Assembly (NCBI RefSeq): GCF_001643775.1
Contig: NZ_CP011402.1
Span: 1,364,432-1,396,431, forward strand
Length of the DNA: 32,000 bases
Source of the DNA: Denitrobacterium detoxificans
GTDB lineage: Bacteria > Actinomycetota > Coriobacteriia > Coriobacteriales > Eggerthellaceae
Reading direction: 5' to 3'
Below are positions 1 to 6,854 of this stretch, in pieces. The position numbers were made by a program, and so were the translations under genes. How positions within the stretch are numbered: position 1 is the stretch's first letter; the number at the start of each line of letters is the position of its first letter. The notes under the pieces were generated by a model. The model saw only the letters and a list, made by a program, of their open reading frames with translations. It was not told the origin of the DNA and did not search any database.

Positions 1-196
1 CTCCGAGGACGCATGCAAGGTGGCGCGTGCGTGCTAAGGGGAAAGCCCTGCTAATGCAGCCTGTCCATTATACACATCCTGGGAATTGGCAGCTACGCGG
101 TATACGAAGCATCATGGTCTGCACATATGGGGCGCGCTGGCACGCTCCACCAAGAAGGCAGGTGTGCCACCGGATGCGCAAAAAGAGAGTGCACGA

Positions 197-964
197 TTAG
201 AATAACCCACTCGTGAGCAGGAAGTTCAGGGACTTGAGGTTGAGCCCCATATGCTCGCGGAACCACTGGTGCGCGAAATGGAGCACGGCAAACGACGCCT
301 GAAGGGGAACGTGCGATTCGCGTACGTGGGCAAACGGTTGGCCCAGCAGCGTTTGCACCCACAGCAACGTGGTAGCCTCGATGCGCTGCGTCTGCACGTG
401 CGAACGGCAATCAACGCACACCGCTCCCCCTTCGACGAACGAAAAATCACGCCATGCACCATGCTCGAGCGGCACCTGTGCCCCGCACGATACGCACGTG
501 GACACGCGCGGGCGAAAGCCCAGCATGGCAAAGAGCTTCACCAGAAACGCAGCACAAATGGCGGGCGCATCGTCTTCCTGGCAGGAGCGTAGTTCGTCGA
601 GTGCAGCGCAGGCCATGTCAAACAGGCGCGGTACGGGAAGGTCGGGCTGGCCGCACTTGGCAAGTGCGTCGAGAATGGGAGAAGACGCAGCGTTGAACAG
701 CACGTCTTCGCGAAGGCGCGCATGGGCGTTCACGCAGCGCGCCTCGGTGACGATGGGAAGGCCCCTCCCCTTTGCAATGAGCACGTCGGCCAGGCAAAAG
801 TACTCCAGACGCGAAGCGAACGTGTTGCCCGGCTTGCGCGCGCCACGGGCAACGGCTTGCCCGAGCGAGCCATCTTCGTGCAAAAAGGCGATGATGAGGT
901 CGGTTTCCCGAAGCTTGGTCTTTCGAACGACCAGTACGCGGCAAGATTTCGTGGGCGTGGCCAC
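197..964 (-). CDS. recO: DNA repair protein RecO
   Basis: 255-aa ORF, N-term VLVVRKTKLRETDLIIAFLHEDG, zinc-binding CVSCGAQ...CVDCR; directly downstream of era as is common. Confidence 0.93.
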   Translation of the reverse strand: MATPTKSCRVLVVRKTKLRETDLIIAFLHEDGSLGQAVARGARKPGNTFASRLEYFCLADVLIAKGRGLPIVTEARCVNAHARLREDVLFNAASSPILDALAKCGQPDLPVPRLFDMACAALDELRSCQEDDAPAICAAFLVKLFAMLGFRPRVSTCVSCGAQVPLEHGAWRDFSFVEGGAVCVDCRSHVQTQRIEATTLLWVQTLLGQPFAHVRESHVPLQASFAVLHFAHQWFREHMGLNLKSLNFLLTSGLF

Positions 965-1872
965 TACATGCCTTCTCCGTAGCCGAAGCGCCTGATCTGA
1001 TTCAGGTCGCGACGCCAGTTCTTGCGCACCTTCACGCGCAGATCCAGGAAGACACGCGAGCCAAGCATCTGCTCCAGATCGGTGCGGGCTTCGCTGCCAA
1101 TGGCCTTCAGCGCGCGACCGCCCTTGCCGATGATGATGCCCTTCTGGCTATCGCGTTCCACGTAGATAAGCGCATAGATGCGCTCGAGGTTCTTGCGCTT
1201 GTCGTATTCCATTTCCTCGACGACGACGCCAATAGCGTGGGGCACCTCGTCGTGAAACGAACGAAGGATCTTCTCGCGAATGAATTCGGCGATGAGCACT
1301 TCCGTAGGCTGGTCGGTTTCCATGTCGGAGGGGAACCATTGCGGACCCGGCGGAAGCAGGTTCGCCGCCGTTTCCATAAAGGCCTCCACGCCGTCTCCGG
1401 TAACCGACGAAACCTCGAGCACGGCGTCCCATTCGGCCAGAGCCTGCGCGGCTTCGCGCTGCTTGGCGATGGTTTCGGCGTCGACCAGGTCAGTCTTGGT
1501 AATGACCAGGATCTTCTTTGCCTTCACTGCCGAAATCTGGCGGACGACCCATTCGTCGCCACGGCCCGCGGGCTTCGATGCGTCGAGCAGGAAGGCCACG
1601 GCGTCGATGCCGTCGAGCGCTTGGATGGCCGACTCGTTGAGCTCTTCGCCCAGCACGTCGTGCGGCTTGTGCAGGCCCGGCGTGTCCACCAGCACCAACT
1701 GGTAGTCGTCGCGCGTGACGACCGCACGGAAGCGGTGACGCGTGGTTTGCGCGGTGTCGCTGGTAATGGCAACTTTCTTGCCCATGATGGCATTGATGAG
1801 CGTGGATTTACCCGCGTTGGGGCGCCCGATGAGCGTGACGAACCCCGAGCGGAAGTCTTCGGAGAATTCCAT
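964..1872 (-). CDS. era: GTPase Era
   Basis: GRPNAGKSTLINAIMG G1 motif, DTPGLH, ITKTD, C-terminal KH domain (SQKGIIIGKGGRALKAIG). Start chosen at MEFSEDF inside the longer ORF 964..1920. Confidence 0.96.
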   Translation of the reverse strand: MEFSEDFRSGFVTLIGRPNAGKSTLINAIMGKKVAITSDTAQTTRHRFRAVVTRDDYQLVLVDTPGLHKPHDVLGEELNESAIQALDGIDAVAFLLDASKPAGRGDEWVVRQISAVKAKKILVITKTDLVDAETIAKQREAAQALAEWDAVLEVSSVTGDGVEAFMETAANLLPPGPQWFPSDMETDQPTEVLIAEFIREKILRSFHDEVPHAIGVVVEEMEYDKRKNLERIYALIYVERDSQKGIIIGKGGRALKAIGSEARTDLEQMLGSRVFLDLRVKVRKNWRRDLNQIRRFGYGEGM

Positions 1873-1874
1873 GA

Positions 1875-2255
1875 TTACCATCCTAGAAGAGGAAGCACAT
1901 GCGGGATGAACACGATGCACCCCACAATGGCGGAAGTAAAAGCAAAAATGTAAACGGCGCCGGCAGCCATGTCCTTTGCGGCCTTGGCAACCGGATGAAG
2001 CTCTGGGCTAGCAAGGTCGACGGCATCTTCAATAGCGGAATTAAAGCACTCGCCGCCAACAACCAAGCCGCAGCAAATGAGCACGGCACACCATTCCCAC
2101 GGCGCCAAGGAGAATACAAACCCCAACACAATGACGAGAACGGCACCAGCCGTTTGGACGCGGATATTGAACCCTGTACGGTACGCTTCAAAAACGCCTT
2201 GAATGGCGTACTTGAACGACTTTACGAACGGGGTCTTGCCCGCGCCGGGTTTCAC
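1875..2255 (-). CDS. dgkA: Diacylglycerol/undecaprenol kinase family membrane protein
   Basis: 126 aa, NIRVQTAG...FNSAIEDAVDL.....AKDMAAGAV motif, TM helices; syntenic between ybeY and era. Confidence 0.92.
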   Translation of the reverse strand: MKPGAGKTPFVKSFKYAIQGVFEAYRTGFNIRVQTAGAVLVIVLGFVFSLAPWEWCAVLICCGLVVGGECFNSAIEDAVDLASPELHPVAKAAKDMAAGAVYIFAFTSAIVGCIVFIPHVLPLLGW

Positions 2256-2713
2256 GATTGGCCTCGCCAGGCAGCCAGAAGCTCACGCTCGCGGGCCTCC
2301 ATGACCTCTGCCTCTTCGTCGACGATGTGGTCGTAGCCGCATAGATGCAGGCAGCCGTGCGTAATGAGCAGCTCGAGCTCTTCTTGGAAGGTGGTGCCGT
2401 ATTCCTGCGTCTGACGCTTGCAGACATCAACCGCGATTACGATATCGCCCAGCTCGTACGGAGCGTCTTCGGGCGCGTCGGCATCGAACTCGTCATCGAG
2501 GTTGTCGCATTCGAAGCTCAGGACGTCGGTGGGACCCTGCTTTCCGCGATAACCTTCGTTCAGGCGGGTCATTTCCTCGTCATCGACGAAGCTGATGGAC
2601 ATTTCGGTGTTGGCCGGCTTGCCCTCGTGCGAGACGACGAATTCGGCGAGCTGCGCAATGGGCAGACTTTCGACGTCTTCTTTGCCGTAATCGTAATTGA
2701 CGGTGATTTCCAT
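2252..2713 (-). CDS. ybeY: Endoribonuclease YbeY (rRNA maturation)
   Basis: THGCLHLCGYDH metal-binding motif; start MEITVNYDYG preceded by GGAAGGATAGG RBS. Confidence 0.92.
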   Translation of the reverse strand: MEITVNYDYGKEDVESLPIAQLAEFVVSHEGKPANTEMSISFVDDEEMTRLNEGYRGKQGPTDVLSFECDNLDDEFDADAPEDAPYELGDIVIAVDVCKRQTQEYGTTFQEELELLITHGCLHLCGYDHIVDEEAEVMEARERELLAAWRGQS

Positions 2714-3109
2714 TCCTATCCTTCCCGAGGAGGACGCAACCACAGTAGCTGGAGGCCCTTCCCCGCAGACACGGGCTATGTTGTGTTTTGAGGTAATTAT
2801 ACGCGCTCGATTGAAAACGGGGCAGCTGGGGCAATGCCTGTCACCCTACGGACACAAGCGCGTTCGGCGCGTATAGGCGCTAAAAATGGCATTTGGGCAA
2901 AAATAGCCCGCCCGATGTAAAAAATTCAACGCTGTACAGGTAAATCGGCTACGAGCGGCAACGTAAATGACTTCACGAAATAACTGACCTGGGGAAACAC
3001 AGGATCAGAACTATAGAAACGATCGAAATATTGGGCTCTTCGGTGGTTTCTGTGGGAGAGATTCCGGCATAGGCCCAGCTCAGCGGGCGAAAACAACGAT
3101 CTGGAACTG

Positions 3110-3133
3110 AAACGGCCCCGGGAGGGGCCGTTT
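3110..3133. terminator. Hairpin AAACGGCCCC-GGGA-GGGGCCGTTT inside the IS, upstream of the transposase
   Basis: Perfect 10-bp stem; probably shields the transposase from external read-through. Confidence 0.55.
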
Positions 3134-3191
3134 CCGCGTCATCCGCCTATGATTGCTAAGCCAAATTCAGACAACCGAAGAGGTGTGACGC

Positions 3192-4565
3192 ATGAAGAGT
3201 CTACTACTTCTCGCCCTCGGTCTGGCCCGCACGGTCGTCCTGGGCGCGCGCATCGAGGCCGAGCGCATCGTCGTGAGCGTCCGGCCCTACAAGCGCGAGC
3301 AGCGCCGCTGCCCCGTATGCGGCAGGGCCTGCGACTTCTACGACATGGCGAACCGCGGGGCCCCCAGGCTGTGGAGGGCGATGGACCTGGCGCGCTCGGC
3401 CTGCTACCTGGAGTACGCGCCCTGCAGGGTGCGCTGCCCGGAGCACGGCGTGCGCACCGAGGCCGTCCCCTGGGCGCGGCACGGGGCGCGCTTCACGCGT
3501 GACTTCGAGGACTGGGTGGCGTGGCTGGCGGTCCGCTGCACCGCCTCGGCGGTCTCCGAGCTCGCCCGCGTCGAGTGGCACAGCGTGGGCGGCGTGTGCA
3601 GGCGCGTCTACGCCGAGCTGGAGGCCGCGCGCGGCGCCTCGAGGTTCGACGGCGTGCGCCGCATCGGCATCGACGAGACGTCGTACAAGAAGGGCCACAA
3701 GTACGTCACGGTGGTCGTCGACCACGACCGCGGCTGCCTCATCTGGGCGCACGAGGGCACCGGCAAGGACGTGCTCAACCTGTTCCTCGACGAGCTCACG
3801 CGCGAGCAGAGGCGCGCCATAGAGGTGGTGACCGCCGACGGCGCGAGGTGGATAAGGCAGCTGGTCAAGCGCCGCTGCCCCAACGCGAGGTGGGTCATGG
3901 ACCCCTTCCACGTGGTCCAGTGGATGAACGACGCGCTCGACGCCGTGCGCTGCGAGGAGTGGAACGCCGCCAGGGCCGCCGCCAGGGCCGCCAGGCCCAG
4001 GCCCGAGGGCAAGCGCGGCAGGCCTGCCAAAGGCGAGCTGCCGCCCGAGGAGGTCAGGGCGCTCGAGGAGGAGGCGGCCTCCATCAAGGGCAGCCGCTAC
4101 GCGCTCGTGAAGAACCCCGAGGACCTCACCGACGGCCAGAGGGCGAGGCTCGAGGCGCTCAAGAAGAGGGCCGGCTCGCGGCTGGTCAGGGCCTGGGAGC
4201 TCAAGGAGGACCTGCGGGCCGTCTTCCGGGCAGCCGACGGCTCCGAGGCCGCCGAGCTGCTCGACGACTGGATGCACAGGGCCGCCTACTGCAAGATCGC
4301 CAAGGTCGTCGCCGTGGAGAAGAAGGTGCGCCGCCGGCGCGACGACATCATCGCCGCAGTCGAGCTCGGCATCAGCAACGGGCGCGTAGAGGCCATCAAC
4401 AACAAGATCAAGGTGACGGTGAGGATGGGCTACGGCTTCCGCAACACCGACAACCTCGTGGCCCTGCTCATGCTCAGGTGCGGCGACTGCCAGCCCCAGC
4501 TCCCGGGTCGCCCGGTGAAGGCGAGGAAGAAGGGCGTGAAGGGAGCGAAGAGCGTTGCTGCCTAG
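3192..4565 (+). CDS. ISL3-family transposase
   Basis: 457 aa; N-terminal Zn finger CPVCGRACDFYD, GIDETSYKKGHKYVTVVVDHD, VTADGARW...VMDPFHVVQWMNDALD, C-terminal ISNGRVEAINNKIKVTVRMGYGFRN. Confidence 0.96.
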   Translation: MKSLLLLALGLARTVVLGARIEAERIVVSVRPYKREQRRCPVCGRACDFYDMANRGAPRLWRAMDLARSACYLEYAPCRVRCPEHGVRTEAVPWARHGARFTRDFEDWVAWLAVRCTASAVSELARVEWHSVGGVCRRVYAELEAARGASRFDGVRRIGIDETSYKKGHKYVTVVVDHDRGCLIWAHEGTGKDVLNLFLDELTREQRRAIEVVTADGARWIRQLVKRRCPNARWVMDPFHVVQWMNDALDAVRCEEWNAARAAARAARPRPEGKRGRPAKGELPPEEVRALEEEAASIKGSRYALVKNPEDLTDGQRARLEALKKRAGSRLVRAWELKEDLRAVFRAADGSEAAELLDDWMHRAAYCKIAKVVAVEKKVRRRRDDIIAAVELGISNGRVEAINNKIKVTVRMGYGFRNTDNLVALLMLRCGDCQPQLPGRPVKARKKGVKGAKSVAA

Positions 4566-4754
4566 GCTAGCCCCTTGTCACACAAACTACCGAAGCCTCA
4601 AATATTGCTTCGATAGCAGCCGCAACCTGTACAGCATTGATTATTTGCATATGATCGTCCGGTTTTCGCCCAATGACCCCAATATGACACAAATCACAGT
4701 TCCTCATCAGTGCACGGCAAGTCATGTCCACATTGCTGCGGGCCCTGTCGTGAG

Positions 4755-4843
4755 TCAAATTTGGCACCTACGTGCCGCCCCAAGGGCTTTTTAGGCTTAG
4801 CCGTTATTTTGACTCGTAGTGTTGTCCTGACTGGTAATCAAAC
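4755..4843 (-). ncRNA. tracrRNA-like RNA (type II CRISPR), orphan
   Basis: Minus-strand sequence GTTTGATTACCAGTCAGGACAACACTAC-GAGT-CAAAAT-AAC-GGCTAAGCC-TAAAAA-GCCCTTGGGGC-GGCACGTAGGTGCC. Upper stem pairs 25/28 positions with the 36-nt repeat (GTG variant, GU allowed), then a GA/GAGU bulge and a GUUUUG/CAAAAU lower stem, a nexus hairpin (4794..4802) and hairpins at 4777..4787 and 4763..4776. 3' end approximate (no clean U-run). Confidence 0.72.
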
Positions 4844-4863
4844 GGAAGTGGAGGCGTGAGCGC

Positions 4864-5103
4864 ATGCTGACGTATTCGAAAATAGCAACCATGGGTCATA
4901 CTGCGCTTTTCGAGTATTATCCCGAGGGCGATACCTCAAAACCAGGTGTTGTATCCTTCGATTTCGATAGCGGGGAATGCGAAATCACTTGCTTAGCGGA
5001 TGGCGACCGTCATTCGCGATACGCCAACCATCTCGCTAATGCCTTAGAAAGCCAGCATGCTGGCGATGGGGTCGTTCCGTCGGGTACGATAATGTGGTAT
5101 TAA
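4864..5103 (+). CDS. Hypothetical small protein (79 aa)
   Basis: GGAGG at 4850..4854 is 9 nt upstream of the ATG; MLTYSKIATMGHTALFEYYPEGDTSKPGVVSFDFDSGECEITC... Confidence 0.55.
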   Translation: MLTYSKIATMGHTALFEYYPEGDTSKPGVVSFDFDSGECEITCLADGDRHSRYANHLANALESQHAGDGVVPSGTIMWY

Positions 5104-5152
5104 AATTTTTCGAACAGGCTATGAGCCGCCTATGGGCGGCCGGAATGGCCAT

Positions 5153-5225
5153 TGGCACGCCACTGAAGAGTCGAACCCGATACGCGGCTTTGGAGGCCGA
5201 CGCTCTTCCATTGAGCTAGTGGCGT
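5153..5225 (-). tRNA. tRNA-Trp(CCA)-like gene, possibly degenerate
   Basis: ACGCCAC TA GCTC AATGGAA GAGC G TCGGC CTCCAAA GCCGC GTA TCGGG TTCGACT CTTCA GTGGCGT G CCA. Perfect 7-bp acceptor stem, 4-bp D-stem, loop CTCCAAA (anticodon CCA) and encoded CCA end, but poor T-stem (G-C, two G-U, C.C, U-A) and 3-nt variable loop. Confidence 0.6.
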
Positions 5226-5322
5226 ATGGTATAAAGATTGCGAAGGGTTCCCCCTCGGTCTTGGACGGAGGCTGGAACCCTTTCTCTGTTCTCGCTTTAT
5301 TCGACGTATCACCCCATCCTCG

Positions 5323-5358
5323 GTTTTGGAGCAGCGTCATTCTGACTGGTAATCAAAC
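5323..5358 (+). repeat. Type II CRISPR-like direct repeat R1 (36 nt)
   Basis: GTTTTGGAGCAGCGTCATTCTGACTGGTAATCAAAC. Confidence 0.93.
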
Positions 5359-5388
5359 GTTATGCGCGTATTTGATATACTACGCATG

Positions 5389-5426
5389 GAAGCCCCCACG
5401 ATTTACAACTGAGTCGCCGGGGCTTC
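5389..5426. terminator. Hairpin GAAGCCCC...GGGGCTTC in block 1
   Basis: 8-bp perfect stem next to the stop codon of the minus-strand ORF; plus strand followed by TTCATTTTC. Confidence 0.5.
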
Positions 5427-5427
5427 T

Positions 5428-5670
5428 TCATTTTCTGATCACGTCAATCAAGTTTCCACTCTTATCAAGAATGGTCACCCAATCGAACTCCGCCGCATAC
5501 TCTTCGTTTTTGATCAGACCACGAATGGCTGCGCACAAGTCGGAATCGGTTATATGCAGAGACTCGTAGTTGTCGATCACGAGCCTCTTCATTCCTTTCT
5601 TGCCGATGGACTTATCAAAGTAATTCTTGACGGCACCATGAGCGTTTCGCGACGTAAGCAGCGTTTTCAT
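5428..5670 (-). CDS. Hypothetical small protein in block 1 (80 aa)
   Basis: MKTLLTSRNAHGAVKNYFDKSIGKKGMKRLVIDNYESLHITDSDLCAAIRG...; frame stays open upstream through repeat R2 (ORF 5428..5754), so it may be a 5'-truncated gene. Confidence 0.45.
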   Translation of the reverse strand: MKTLLTSRNAHGAVKNYFDKSIGKKGMKRLVIDNYESLHITDSDLCAAIRGLIKNEEYAAEFDWVTILDKSGNLIDVIRK

Positions 5671-5720
5671 CTCAATACCATTCAGCAATCGGCCGTCTTG
5701 TCCCAAATTACGCGACCATC

Positions 5721-5756
5721 GTTTTGGAGCAGCGTCATTCTGACTGGTAATCAAAC
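5721..5756 (+). repeat. Type II CRISPR-like direct repeat R2 (36 nt)
   Basis: GTTTTGGAGCAGCGTCATTCTGACTGGTAATCAAAC, identical to R1 and R3. Confidence 0.93.
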
Positions 5757-5772
5757 AGATTCGGGAAAGAAA

Positions 5773-5819
5773 AAGCCAGTTAGGTGAACCCTCAACTTAA
5801 GCGGGCCGCTAACTGGCTT
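5773..5819 (-). terminator. Inverted repeat AAGCCAGTTAG...CTAACTGGCTT, probable minus-strand terminator
   Basis: Perfect 11-bp stem, 25-nt loop; minus strand continues TTTTTCTTT. Confidence 0.55.
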
Positions 5820-5882
5820 GCCAAAAATATAACATTTTGAGCAATCGAATGAAAGCTTTGCATTCTTCTTATGGAGGGCAAG

Positions 5883-6108
5883 ATGAAGGTTCCTAACCGC
5901 GTCAACATCCTGGGCATCCCGTATGATGTCGTCTCTGACGATATGGAGACAATGAGGATGGCTTTATCTCTCCTCGTAGGCAAGTCATCATGTTGCGCAA
6001 GGGGCTGCCCCGCGAGAAGCGCGAGCAGACGTATCTGCACGAGCTGGTTCATGGCATCTTGGATCAGCTTGACTACTTGGAGCTGTACGAGGACGAGCAC
6101 CTGGTGCA
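5883..6108 (+). pseudogene. Fragment of phage-type ImmA/IrrE-like zinc peptidase, frameshifted and truncated by repeat R3
   Basis: MKVPNRVNILGIPYDVV... in one frame, then NEDGFISPRRQVIMLRKGLPREKREQTYLHELVHGILDQLDYLELYEDEHLVQ in another; HELVH motif; coding similarity ends exactly where R3 begins (6109). Confidence 0.65.
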
Positions 6109-6144
6109 GTTTTGGAGCAGCGTCATTCTGACTGGTAATCAAAC
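6109..6144 (+). repeat. Type II CRISPR-like direct repeat R3 (36 nt)
   Basis: GTTTTGGAGCAGCGTCATTCTGACTGGTAATCAAAC. Confidence 0.93.
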
Positions 6145-6398
6145 CGCGCCATCGCGCAGCCATACCCCTGGCGCGCGTGGTAGTCCACCTCGTGCCCGCA
6201 TCGGTCGAGCCGCCATAGGCTCTCGGACGTGGCACGCTATATGCGCCCATCGAACGTGGGCACCTCGATGAAAATGCGCATAATCACCTTCTAATCTAAT
6301 GTAAGTGGCGCTATAATGATTTAGGCGGTACTTGCCCGGTCATGGACGGGGTGTAGGCCGCTATCTTTTTACTCTAAGCATGCCCCTCTGCTTATCAG

Positions 6399-6434
6399 GT
6401 TTTGGAGCAGTGTCATTCTGACTGGTAATCAAAC
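6399..6434 (+). repeat. Type II CRISPR-like direct repeat R4 (36 nt)
   Basis: GTTTTGGAGCAGTGTCATTCTGACTGGTAATCAAAC (one substitution vs R1-R3). Confidence 0.93.
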
Positions 6435-6495
6435 ATGAGAATGCGCATGTTGCTCCCTTAGGCATGAAAAAGCGCCTATGAAGTCGCTAAATTGC

Positions 6496-6523
6496 TTGAT
6501 ACATAAACTCTGTTTGATATAAT
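6496..6523 (+). promoter_or_regulatory. Sigma70-like promoter
   Basis: TTGATA-N16-TATAAT; predicted start at about 6530, the first base of a hairpin. Confidence 0.5.
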
Positions 6524-6529
6524 TTATTC

Positions 6530-6563
6530 GAAGCCCGACGCGGCAACGCAGCGTCAGGGCTTC
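6530..6563. terminator. Hairpin GAAGCCC-G-ACGC...GCGT-CA-GGGCTTC, T-rich downstream on plus strand
   Basis: 7-bp plus 4-bp stems; followed by ATTTGTTTTCCC on plus strand. Confidence 0.5.
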
Positions 6564-6854
6564 ATTTGTTTTCCCATCTTGTAACGCTGCCGTCCTTTAA
6601 GGCAAAAAGGATTTCTTGAACATTCGAGTAATCAGACTCAGGATCACTCAACGATTCCTCAAAGTGTTTCAAGAATCGCTTGTCATTCATAGCGCTATCA
6701 AGATTGCTCAGAACAATCCTTAATCTGCTTTCCGCCTTTCGAAACTTTGTATCTGCTTTTGCTATATTGCCAGCAACCGCCAAATAGCCATTTCCATCAG
6801 GGCATTTTGCTTCCCAGAGTACACCGACAGCTCCTATAGCATAATCAAACTTCG
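6562..6854 (-). pseudogene. Gene fragment in block 4, 5' end apparently truncated at repeat R5
   Basis: Open frame KFDYAIGAVGVLWEAKCPDGNGYLAVAGNIAKADTKFRKAESRLRIVLSNLDSAMNDKRFLKHFEESLSDPESDYSNVQEILFALKDGSVTRWENK*; the only ATG upstream of the coding-like part lies inside the repeat. Confidence 0.4.

Larger units (their letters stand above)
3034..4599 (+). mobile_element. ISL3-family insertion sequence, 1566 bp
   Basis: Imperfect terminal inverted repeats GGCTCTTCGGTGGTTTCTGTG (left) / GAGGCTTCGGTAGTTTGTGTG (right, reverse complement) flanked by perfect 8-bp direct repeats AAATATTG at 3026..3033 and 4600..4607. Confidence 0.93.

Noticed and set aside
3521-4570. 349-aa plus-strand ORF rich in Arg/Gly inside the IS
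   Set aside because: Alternate frame of the ISL3 transposase with low-complexity composition.
2930-4632. CTGTACAGG-type inverted words on both sides of the ISL3 element (about 2933 and 4625)
   Set aside because: Short near-palindromes, outside the 8-bp TSD and IRs; probably chance.
4806-4843. A sixth, degenerate direct repeat
   Set aside because: Matches the repeat well only in its 3' half. The rest fits better as the anti-repeat, bulge and lower stem of a minus-strand tracrRNA.
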